NCBI GenBank assembly: GCA_000002445.1
Contig: CH464491.1
Location: 3,072,001 to 3,136,000 of the forward strand
Length of the DNA stretch: 64,000 bases
From: Trypanosoma brucei
Lineage: Eukaryota
Reading direction: 5' to 3'
How positions within the stretch are numbered: the stretch's first letter is position 1; the number at the start of each line of letters is the position of its first letter. Made by a program: the position numbers and the translations under genes. Below the pieces are notes generated by a model. It was not told the origin of the DNA and searched no databases. It saw nothing but the letters and a program-made list of their open reading frames with translations. Shown here piece after piece: positions 52,548-62,335 of the stretch.

Positions 52548-53093
52548 ATGGATAGTGGGACCAAAAGGGAATTCGGTCGCAACGTGACGAATGTGGACGA
52601 CTTTAAGGGTGCCAAGTTAACGCCTTCAAAGATCCACCACCAGAAGTTTGAGGGCAGTGACAAACGCCATGGAGTCAGGTTGGCCGACGAAGGCAAGTGG
52701 TGTATTCACAAACGGAGCCGGGTGGAGCCTGTCGCCGCCGGGCCTTCACGTGAGAGGAGCGTGGAGGAGACAAAATCCACAACGACGTGCTGCTCCTTAC
52801 CTCTGCCAAGTCAGGAAACAAACCTCTGCAGCATTCGTGGCGACAGCAACACCTGCAGTAGCGATGACAGCAGCATTGAAAGGTACTTTGACGAAAGTTG
52901 CGAGGCTATCGAAGCTCCCACAGCTCCGGCGCCGCGACCTCCGTCACCGACATGGAATAATGCCTTGCGTACCGTATCGGGGACAGCTGCTGCCGTATTG
53001 CAGGACCTAAAAAATGCGGCATCCCTGCAAACTGACCAGAGCAGCAGTAGCGAGGTGCTGCCATCACCACCAGTAATTCCACTTATCTTGTAA
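52548..53093 (+). CDS. Small Ser/Thr/Pro-rich hypothetical protein
   Basis: 181-aa ORF in the polycistron orientation, in a 1.2-kb gap after COPG. It is low-complexity (SSSS, PAPRPPSP) and I recognise no domain. Called from position and length only. Confidence 0.3.
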   Translation: MDSGTKREFGRNVTNVDDFKGAKLTPSKIHHQKFEGSDKRHGVRLADEGKWCIHKRSRVEPVAAGPSRERSVEETKSTTTCCSLPLPSQETNLCSIRGDSNTCSSDDSSIERYFDESCEAIEAPTAPAPRPPSPTWNNALRTVSGTAAAVLQDLKNAASLQTDQSSSSEVLPSPPVIPLIL

Positions 53094-53672
53094 CAGGTTA
53101 TATCCCCTGACCTCTGATCCCGTGAGAGGTGAGCGTGCAAAGTACAAGGGGAATCTTCTGCAGCATGCATACAGGTGCTCGTTGAGTGTTGAGAATCTTT
53201 TCGAAAGCGCGGCACGAAGTGAAGGCTTCTGATCGGTTGTTGTTAACTTTCCTCACGCTTGTGAGTACAGACCCACACTTTCTCCTTAAGATCATTTTTG
53301 TACCCCCTTTTTATTCATTCACTGGTTGGGGAACTCTTCAGATAGATCCCGCTATCTTCAAAGCCTAAAGTTAAAGGGGCTTGATCATAGAGAGTGGGTA
53401 GCAGATCGTGAATGCAGGCTAGAAGAACGAGGAAGTTTCCCTCTTCTTCTGCATCGCAAGCGGATTGATTTGGTAGATAGCGGTTCATTGTTAAAGTTTC
53501 TAGCTTTGCCACTTTGTGGTCGAAGAAATTTTGAACATTTTGCTGTGTACTGCTCCCCCCGAAAATAAGTGTATATTTCCTTGTTGCCTTACGTCGGTGA
53601 CTGCTCGTACATTATTTTATTTTATTTTACTTGTCTATGGTTACTGTTTACGACACCACTGTCACCTAAAGT

Positions 53673-56129
53673 GTGAGACGGCGCAGCAGACCGCGGGCAC
53701 TGCACTTGTGGTCAGTATTGACTAATAAAGTAAATATCAGCCGAGCAAAAAGGCATCATACGGCAAGGGTAGGTCCAAACACATACACGCGTCTTCTGCA
53801 TATGTTGCGGCTCGTGCTGACGCTGCTAGCGAAGAAGAAGGTGCCACCTCCGCCAAAGCGGGGGCGACCCGCGACCCCCCAGCGAGGGAAGTCGAAGTTA
53901 GTTCCAAAGGGGCGCTCACCGTCGTTGACCCGAAAAGTGACACCGAAGGTCGTCAGCCGTCAGTCGCCTGCGAAAAAGAGCACGATCAAGGTATCCACTG
54001 CGAGGGTTAGCCGTAGGAGCGATAATAAAGGTAGGGGGAGCAAACTGATCGACGATGTGGACAGCTTTCCCGTGGCGGCTGCCGTGGAGCATGCGCCCGC
54101 CGTCGTCCCGTCAGTTGAGGTTGCAGCTACATCCACCGCGATGACGGTGACTAGAAAACCACACTACTCTCTCGCCACAGCTGTTTCAACTGTTATTGTC
54201 CCTCCCTGCGCGAACGCCGTGCTGGAGACGATGAAACAGACGCTCTCACCTTCCGTGAGATCTCCAAGTGAGGCTGGTGTCGACCTCTGCGGTGATGGGA
54301 GCGGTGTCGAGCAGGGCGGGGAGCCACCGTCACAAATGGAAGAATTTTACACGCCAAAGAAAGGACCTCTCTTTGCCACCGCTGTCATTGCCGGCACTAA
54401 TGCGGTTAAACAAACCAGTCAATTGATCCCCTTCTGCCACCCAGCGCGCATACACAAGTGCTCCTTTACCTTTAGGCGGCGCGTGCTTGGCGGCCTTACA
54501 CGCATTTCCTCCCTTCCTCATCGTGTTGTTTTGAGGAAAAGAGCAACACCTTCCCCTCATTCGAGCCGCAACCGTCCTGAGTGCAGCGTTATTTACTGCT
54601 TTTGTACGGTGGCAACAGATGATGAGACACGTTCCGGGGTAGAAATGGAGGCACTAGCTGGAGCAACGATGGCAGCACTCACAATGTACGACATGCTGCG
54701 CGCCCTTCCGTCTGCGCAGGAAGATGGAATCAGCGTTGGCGAAGCCTTTGTGCTGGCAAAGAGAGGTTCCCGTGGGGACTTTACGAAGCTCCTCGTATCT
54801 GAGCTTCCAGCGGAGGACTCGGCTGGTGCCATGGGCGAGGTAAGAAGAGCGGCATTAACCACAGGACGGGAGGATAACGCAAGTGAGGACAATTTCACAT
54901 ACGCTGATGACTATGAAAATCTAAGTGGTGGGGAAGGGCTGGAAACTGGAGTGGAGGAACACAGGAAAGTTGGAACTCTACAAACCTCCGGGTCGCGATG
55001 CGGAGGGTTAGACGATGGAGAGCACCAGTCAGAAGAATTCCACGGCGCTGCAGATGCCATTGATGGTGATGCTGCGAGGCGGGAGCGTCAGCGTGAGCGT
55101 GATGCAATTCTTGGTGAGGCAGAGGAAATGGAGGCGGAAGGGAGTGTTACCAACCCGGAAGAAGAGGAAAGGGCAATGCCGGAAGAGGCTGCCACTCTGA
55201 TAGATCGGAGCGCTTGGTGGAGGTCCACCGCACGGGATCGGAGACTGCAACATTTGCAGCAAAATATGAGACATGAAGGGAACTCAAATCGGTCGGCACC
55301 TCAGGCTCCGGCACACAAGTCACCGGAGGTGAGGCCACCGATGCAGAAGGATGCGATGAAGAAGTTAGGTGTGAAAAACAAACCTCAGGAGTTGCCGTTT
55401 CAAAGGCCAAAGATTATACCGGTGAGTAAAAAATCTGTGAAGCTTGTGGATAAGAATGGTGGTATCGCTGTTCCGAAGGGGCAGCGCGTAGTTGTGGTGG
55501 AGGACGAGTATTATGAGGAGAATGGGGATGAAGCACACGCCGACGATGAGATTTACGGTGGTGATGATAGTGAATATGAGGAACTTTACAACGACGATGA
55601 TGCTTTGGGGGACGAAACTGCATTGGAGTCCGAGGCGCAGCATAAGAAGTTGCTGAGGTACAAAAGTGGTGAGTCTGTTAGAGCGCAGACCACATCCAGG
55701 GGTGCCGTCAGCGTCCACAAGAAAGGAAGGGACTACCGTGATAATGACAGCTACAACGACGAGAATGCCAGCGAGGACGGTTTGTTTGAAGAGGAGATGG
55801 AGATGGGTTCACGACAGAAGGTTAAAAAGGGTAAAATAGTTCAGTCATTGCTTTCCCGAAGGGGAAATGCCAGGGCGACCGACGATAGCTACGATCACGA
55901 CAACCAGTCTGTGACATCTCCCAAACACGAATCGTGGGATGCCGAGGAAGCAAAGGAATGGGAAAGCGAAGAGGATGATTGGAGTAATATAAATATGCAC
56001 AATGAAACCGAGAGTGTAGCGAAGGGGCATCTGCACGCCAAAAGGCGTAATCCCCTCCCACTACCGAAGAAAAAGGAGATGAAATTCAAGAAGACTATCA
56101 AACAGAAACAACGCCCTGAGAAACGGTAG
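53673..56129 (+). CDS. MoaC-domain protein (cyclic pyranopterin monophosphate synthase MoaC fold) flanked by a basic AT-hook-like N-terminus and a long acidic C-terminal tail
   Basis: The central segment aligns with bacterial MoaC. [31 protein letters not shown] matches [59 protein letters not shown] matches [39 protein letters not shown] matches LLAKSGGKSGDF. A roughly 35-aa basic insertion lies between the first two blocks. The N-terminus has [22 protein letters not shown] (RGRP AT-hook core). The C-terminal about 430 aa are highly acidic and low-complexity. An alternative start ATG lies at 53802. Confidence 0.65.
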   Translation: [818 protein letters not shown]

Positions 56130-56867
56130 CGTTCGTGTTTAGATTTACAACGGCAGTTGTGCGCAAGGTCATCTTGCAGTATCGCCAAGGTCACACTGTG
56201 AGCCTCCCGAGAAACTCAGTGGGGCTGCTGCAGTTGTGAAGCAGCAAAATAGAGTAACTCGCAGGTTAGAAGCACAGTGACCACATAGAGTTTCAAACAA
56301 TCATATACTTTTCCCTTCTGCGTCACAGATAGAGGCATGTCGCACAAAGCAGCTACGGAAGTATTTAGTGACGGCGTTGGCACCTGTGTTTGTTCGTGAC
56401 TTTCTGTATCTCCATTGTAAGCATGCTCAGCGCGTTCCTTAGCGATTTTGCAGCATGTCCATACATTGGTGCATATGATGGGGGAAGGGGATGTTTCCCC
56501 ACGTACTACCATTAGACCAAAAAGAGCACATATTTATATCCCGTAATTTGTACGTTAGTAATACATTGAACTTTCGGCCGCTTTGTTGTGTGCCTCCCAC
56601 AGCTTCTGTTTTTTTTTCTTTTTTACCCTTCCTCATCAACTGCTTTTTTTTTTTTGGTGCCCTTTCTTTCGCTCAACTGGGAGACTGATATGTGTGGATT
56701 TTCGCGAAAAAAAAAATCCGGTGGTGTAAAGTGGTGTGGAACTGAGGAGAGAGGGCTTAAGTAAAACCATACCATTAAAAGTTGCACATGCGCAGCAGGA
56801 ACCTGTCCCCGTTTTCTACCTCCACATCGTGGCGGCGAGCACTTTGTATCAGTACAGCGGCTGAAAC

Positions 56868-56909
56868 GCCCTCTTATTTTTCCTGCCTTCTCTTCTATAC
56901 TGTACGGCA
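56868..56909 (+). promoter_or_regulatory. Polypyrimidine tract plus AG immediately upstream of the MsrB start codon (candidate SL acceptor)
   Basis: ccctcttatttttcctgccttctcttctatact, then ...gcAG at 56908-56909, then ATG at 56917. This is the basis for preferring 56917 over the ORF-track start at 56782. Confidence 0.45.
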
Positions 56910-56916
56910 GTCATCA

Positions 56917-57339
56917 ATGACACACTGCGCAAGTAAGAAGCAGGCAGATGGATCAAAAGATATTGGAGATGCCGCATGGAGGGAGAAGTTAACCACACAA
57001 GAGTACCGCGTGCTCCGTCAGAAGGCCACGGATCCGCCATTCGGGGCTTACAATACCCATTTTGAAACTGGGACATATCACTGCGCCGGCTGCGGAACAC
57101 TGCTTTATAAATCATCCATGAAGTTTCCCTGTGAGTGCGGCTGGCCAGCGTTCTTTGACTGCGTGCCGTTGGCTGTCCGTGAGGAGCCCGACAGTGATGG
57201 GGTCCGAACGGAAATTTTATGCAATGCGTGTGGAGGGCACTTGGGCCACGTGTTTCGTGGAGAGGGCTTCAATAATCCACCACCTAACGAACGACATTGT
57301 GTGAATGGAACAGCTATTCGTTTTCAATCCGAGAAGTAA
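56917..57339 (+). CDS. MSRB: Peptide methionine-R-sulfoxide reductase MsrB (SelR domain)
   Basis: Shows the Zn-binding CxxC pairs and catalytic motif in canonical order (GTYHCAGCGTLLYKSSMKFPCECGWPAFF ... ILCNACGGHLGHVFRGEGF ... RHCVNGTAIRF). The ORF-track ORF starts upstream at 56782. The ATG at 56917 lies just after a pyrimidine tract and an AG, and gives a 140-aa product of typical MsrB size. Confidence 0.85.
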   Translation: MTHCASKKQADGSKDIGDAAWREKLTTQEYRVLRQKATDPPFGAYNTHFETGTYHCAGCGTLLYKSSMKFPCECGWPAFFDCVPLAVREEPDSDGVRTEILCNACGGHLGHVFRGEGFNNPPPNERHCVNGTAIRFQSEK

Positions 57340-58071
57340 TATGTGTTTTAGAACCCCATACCACCTGACGTACGTGCAAAAAAAAAAAAGAAAAAGAAAA
57401 GTAATATCGCAACATGTTGTTCCTCTTATTGTTATTATTTCTTTTTGCACTAAACCCTCTTCACTACATGCTTTGGTTGCGTCTGCTTTGACTGACTCTT
57501 TTTTTTTCCCCCCTTTGTCCACTATTTTTCGACGCCTTATTGCCGGTTAGGGTCACACTGGCGGTTAAGGGAAGTGGTGGAAATGGAACGGGAGGGAGTT
57601 CCCGAAAGGAACGTAGAGATAAATAAAGGTGGGATGGGGAATTAGTATTAGTCGATGATTTGTCACAAACTAAGCCGGCGTACATTTCCTCATGTGGTTC
57701 AACTGTTCAACGCGCTACTCGATAATTTTTCAAAGCGTTAGTGTAACCCGCTCTCTAAAACTGCCACTTCTCTTTTTCTTCGGTATTTTCGCACTCCCAC
57801 TCTCAGCTTCACACACTAACCCCCAGCGCTTGTGGAGTTGCTCACCCAGGACCTGAAGGAGGGGGCAAAGGAGCAAAGGTAAAAGATAGACAAGGGTTAT
57901 TTTAAACAACCTCATAAACAAACTTGTTTTTTTTTTAAGAAAAAAAAAGTGTCACTATCCCGCACTTTCTTACCTTATCCGTTTCGTCGCCCGCGCGGGG
58001 GTGGTGTGCACTTGCTTAACTTTCTTTTCCTTTAAGAGGGGAGCGGTTTAAAGTGGTCACGCGACCAACAG

Positions 58072-58992
58072 ATGAGCGACTTAAACGCCATGATAGAAAC
58101 TTTGTATGCCGGCCGCCTAATTACAGAGAGGCAGGTGGTGCAATTGTGTGACTGGTGCAAAGACATCTTCCTGGAGGAAGGTAATGTTGACGTGGTGTTT
58201 GCACCGGTTACCCTTTGCGGGGACATTCACGGTCAGTTCTTTGATTTGTTGGAATTATTTCGTCACGGCGGGCGTGTGCCGGACACAAGTTATGTCTTCA
58301 TGGGCGACTACGTGGACCGCGGTTACCATAGTGTTGAGACGCTTATATTGCTTCTTCTCTTGAAGGTCAGATATCCTGACCGCATCACACTCTTACGTGG
58401 AAATCACGAGTCTCGGCAGATCACGCAGGTGTACGGATTCTACGATGAATGTTATCGCAAGTTTGGTAGTGCGACTGTTTGGCGCCTGTGCACGGACCTG
58501 TTTGACTACATGCCACTTTCGGCGGTTGTGGAGGGCAGTGTTTTTTGTGTGCATGGCGGTCTCAGCCCACATATCGCCACATTAGACGAAATACGGGCAC
58601 TAGACCGCAAGCAGGAAGTGCCACATGACGGTCCAATGAGTGACCTCCTTTGGTCTGACCCAGACGAGATGGAGGGTTGGGGTGTTAGTCCACGCGGCGC
58701 TGGTTTCATCTTTGGTGGTGATGTGGCTAAAACATTCAATCACAAGAACGGCCTGAGCCTTATAGCTCGTGCACATCAACTCGTTTTTGAGGGATACAAA
58801 TCGATGTTCGACGATAACTGCTGCACTGTGTGGTCAGCACCCAACTACTGCTACCGTTGTGGCAACGTCGGATCCATCATGCGCATAGGTGAGCAGTCAC
58901 TGACGGACCGAAGCTTCATCACATTTGGCGCTGCTTCCGCTGAAACCCGTGGCCACCTGACGAAACAAACGCCACCGGAGTATTTCCTATAA
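58072..58992 (+). CDS. PPP-family Ser/Thr protein phosphatase catalytic subunit, PP2A/PP4/PP6 subfamily
   Basis: All PPP motifs are present: GDIHGQ, GDYVDRG, LLRGNHE ([19 protein letters not shown]), HGGLSP, and [11 protein letters not shown]. The C-terminal ...PPEYFL tail matches the methylatable xDYFL terminus of the PP2A subfamily. It is about 80% identical to human PP2Ac/PP4c over the core. I cannot assign PP2A versus PP4 versus PP6. Confidence 0.9.
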   Translation: MSDLNAMIETLYAGRLITERQVVQLCDWCKDIFLEEGNVDVVFAPVTLCGDIHGQFFDLLELFRHGGRVPDTSYVFMGDYVDRGYHSVETLILLLLLKVRYPDRITLLRGNHESRQITQVYGFYDECYRKFGSATVWRLCTDLFDYMPLSAVVEGSVFCVHGGLSPHIATLDEIRALDRKQEVPHDGPMSDLLWSDPDEMEGWGVSPRGAGFIFGGDVAKTFNHKNGLSLIARAHQLVFEGYKSMFDDNCCTVWSAPNYCYRCGNVGSIMRIGEQSLTDRSFITFGAASAETRGHLTKQTPPEYFL

Positions 58993-59531
58993 GCAATGGT
59001 TTCTTTTTTTTTTCTTTTAGGAGTTTTTACGGCAGTGGGCAGAGGTGCTCCGGCAGTGGTGGGCGCTGGGGAGGGAAGGAGTGCGAGGTTTGGGGAGTTT
59101 CAGTGGTGCAAAGGGCGTTTGCCGTCTGCCTTTTTTTTTGTTGGTTATTTCATTCCGCGGCTCGAGTACGGAGGGAGTTGGGCTAGGAACCGGAGAGTAA
59201 AGAAACGCTAAAATGGGTGAGTGACACGTTATTGTGTGTGCGTGAGTGCGCTCTTTTTTATTTTTGCTCGCGCTCTTCAGGGCTCCGTGAAACAACCACA
59301 CTCCGTGCATTCAGCGGGGTACTTTCCCCTTTGTTAATAAAGCAATGTCATACACTACAGTGCGATGTGTCTGAGGGTCTTAACTGCTGATGTTTTCACA
59401 TTGCTCTTACTTAGGCACCGACCGACTGGTTGAGGAATTGCAGAGCAAAAAAAAAAACAAAGCTAAGAAAACTCAGTTACTACTTCTGTCGAAGGGTTGG
59501 GGCGAGTGACTGTGATCACAGATCGATTTCA

Positions 59532-60713
59532 ATGATTCGCCTTCGTTATCGTGCGCGGGAAGTGGCATTCGGGTGGTCGAGGGGACCGGCGCTGTGGTCT
59601 ACGCGGCGGTTGGAATCGATGGGATCCACCTCGTGGCGCGTTCCGTCAACAAACAAAGCTGTGGCGCAGTGGTTGTACGGCTCAGCTGCGGTGGTGGGAT
59701 GCGTTGTTGTAGTTGGTGGTGTCACACGACTCACTGAGAGTGGTCTGAGCATAGTCGACTGGAAGCCGGTGACTGGCGTAAGGCCACCCACCACACAAGA
59801 TGAATGGGAGGAAGAGTTCGCGAAATACCAGAACTTCCCTGAGTTCAAACAAAGAAACACCATGACGCTTGAGGAGTTTAAGTTCATATTCTTTTGGGAG
59901 TGGGCCCACCGGGTGTTAGCGCGCAGCGTGGGAATTGTCTATGGTGTGCCCCTCTTGTACTTTGTTTGCAGGGGCAGATTCAGAGCGCAGCCTGCGCTTT
60001 TGGCCACGCTGAGTGGTATACTTGCACTTGGAGGGGCGCAGGGAGCTATGGGATGGTACATGGTGCGAAGTGGCCTCGACCCTCAGTTACTTGATGAGAG
60101 GCGGAAAGCTAGAGTTTCCACCTACCGACTAGCCGCCCACTTAGTATTGGCCTTCACCATTTACGCCTCTTTGATGCGTGTTGGGTTTGGGCTAAAAATG
60201 CCGCGGATGGCACACTTTCCCGGAAGGACGCGCATTCAGGCTTGCGCTCGCTGTTGCTTTGCGGCGGTGCTTTGCACAGTAATTTCAGGGGCTTTTGTGG
60301 CAGGCCTCGGCGGGGGTCTCATGTACAACGATGAGCTCCCGTGGATGGGTGGCGGCTTCATTCCACCGCGGGACCACCTTATGGTTGTGGAGCCGTGGTG
60401 GCGTAACGCACTGGAGAACCCCGCGGCGGCGCAGACGTGGCACCGTTTGATGGCGGCTGTCAGCACCACCGCCATCATGGCGATGAATGCCACATGTTTT
60501 CGCTACCGTGTTGCCATTCCGCTCAGCGTCTGGAAGAGTGTGGCAGCCGTTAATGCCATGCTAATCGCGCAGGTGTCACTGGGGGTTTGGACTATTGCTT
60601 CTTATGTGGATCTCCCCGTAGCGGTAAGTCACCAACTGGGGTCGCTGCTGCTTCTTACAACAACAATCCGAGTGTGTGCCGTTCTCGGATCTCGAGGGTT
60701 GGTACTTGTGTAA
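59532..60713 (+). CDS. COX15: Heme A synthase COX15 (cytochrome c oxidase assembly protein)
   Basis: [52 protein letters not shown] aligns with human COX15 [51 protein letters not shown]. The heme-ligand region [19 protein letters not shown] is also conserved, and multiple TM helices are present. The ORF-track start at 59430 is TTG. The first ATG at 59532 gives an Arg-rich presequence-like [13 protein letters not shown]. Confidence 0.85.
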   Translation: [393 protein letters not shown]

Positions 60714-61369
60714 GGTGACATGCCTCATCTCACATCCACCGAAACATTTATGCGTCAGGCGGCGTCTGCGATGGATTTGAATGTAACCCCCGTTGGTGAT
60801 AATGGGGATTTCTCCATTATTGTTCTCAAAGTTGGAACCAAGGGGAACACCTTCGAAAAGAGGGAAGAAAGTGAAGTAAAAGTATGGCGGGTTAGCTTCA
60901 TCATTTCGTTCCCCTTGCCCCCGTCCTCCGAACCCTCAGCGTAGGGGAAATGGGAGGATGGGGAGATATAACAGTTAAACGCATTTAACTTACATCGGTG
61001 CACTGCGAGAATCATGTACGTGAACCGTGTTATTATTATTTTTTTTTTCTGGTAACGTAGTTGATTTTATTTCCCTTAGCCTTTTCACCGCCACCGCCAC
61101 CGCGCACACACATATGACGTATCGGGTGACGAGGTGCACAAATTCATGAAAGAACACTCATGTGGCATTATCGCATAACAGGTAACCAGGGATCCCTTGT
61201 CCTGAAGTTTCGGCATGGAATGGCCGCGTTTTCTCTGTAACCACCCAACCTGGTGATTCTGATTCCTTCGTCCGTTTGTCACACACCTACCAATAAAACC
61301 AGACTGCATCCTCAGTTGAACCCTTGTGTGGTTTCTATTTAAAAAAAAATAAATAGTAGAAGGTCTGAG

Positions 61370-62335
61370 ATGATGATATGGCTGCAACGCAAAGTGTTCC
61401 TATTAGGGCTCTTTTGTGTCTTGGTGGGTATGATTGCGTGTGTGAATGGCCACGCAAATGCAAGCTGTCCGGAGAGTTGCGATACCGCGGGTCGCTGGTG
61501 CGAAATCCGTTTTAACCGCGGCGGCAGGGTCAGTGTTGGTGAATGTAACGCTTCATCGTTCACATGCGTTTGCAATGATGCCGTGGACATTACCGTAACA
61601 AGAAATGAAGAGTCCTGCTGGTGGAGTGGCTCCTTCGATATGACGAATAATGTGAGTGAAGAAAGCCTGTGTTCAGCAGACACTGCGCAGTGTCCCCAGA
61701 CCTGCCAACAGGCGGGCGAACAGATTACCCGATGCGCGGGGAGTGTATTATGCACCGAGGATGGGGACGGATACATTTTTACCTGCGCCATCTCGGAAGG
61801 GACGATACTCCATATCAATAAAAGTGTATATGGCTGTTTGACAACAATTGTAGAGCCGGAACTCCACTGCAATCCAAAAGTGACTTGTAGTGGTCACGGG
61901 TACTGTGTGAACCCTCACACGCTATCGAACAGTTGCGTTTGCTTCTCAGACCCTATCAACGGCTATTGGGTTGGAGCGAATTGCTCGGAATGCCATGCAG
62001 ACTACGGCCCTGGTGGGGGTAACTGTACCCAACGGACATCAACAATACGGATTATTCTTTCATCGATTGGGAGCACGTGGGCCATGGTGTTGCCCAACAT
62101 GGTGGTGCTCTTTCTATTTGTGGTGCTTGGCCTGATGCGCAGAGAATCGGAATCTGATAGGAGCTTTCAGTCGACCGTGTTGCGTAAAACGGGATTATCA
62201 GCTGTACAGGTGGCGCGGCGCAATCGGTGCGGCCTTTTCAACCCAAAGCTCATCCCCCCACGACCACCACAAAGCCGATGCTTCCTGAACGAAGGGGAAG
62301 GACGAGCGAAGAGGCGGGGCCCCCCCGCTTATTAA
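61370..62335 (+). CDS. Cysteine-rich type I membrane protein with EGF-like module(s)
   Basis: Has a signal peptide (MMIWLQRKVFLLGLFCVLVGMIACVNG). The ectodomain is cysteine-rich, with EGF-like spacing (CSGHGYCVNPHTLSNSCVCFSDPINGYWVGANCSEC) and several NxS/T sequons. A single TM (WAMVLPNMVVLFLFVVLGLM) follows, then a basic cytoplasmic tail. No specific family recognised. Confidence 0.5.
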   Translation: MMIWLQRKVFLLGLFCVLVGMIACVNGHANASCPESCDTAGRWCEIRFNRGGRVSVGECNASSFTCVCNDAVDITVTRNEESCWWSGSFDMTNNVSEESLCSADTAQCPQTCQQAGEQITRCAGSVLCTEDGDGYIFTCAISEGTILHINKSVYGCLTTIVEPELHCNPKVTCSGHGYCVNPHTLSNSCVCFSDPINGYWVGANCSECHADYGPGGGNCTQRTSTIRIILSSIGSTWAMVLPNMVVLFLFVVLGLMRRESESDRSFQSTVLRKTGLSAVQVARRNRCGLFNPKLIPPRPPQSRCFLNEGEGRAKRRGPPAY

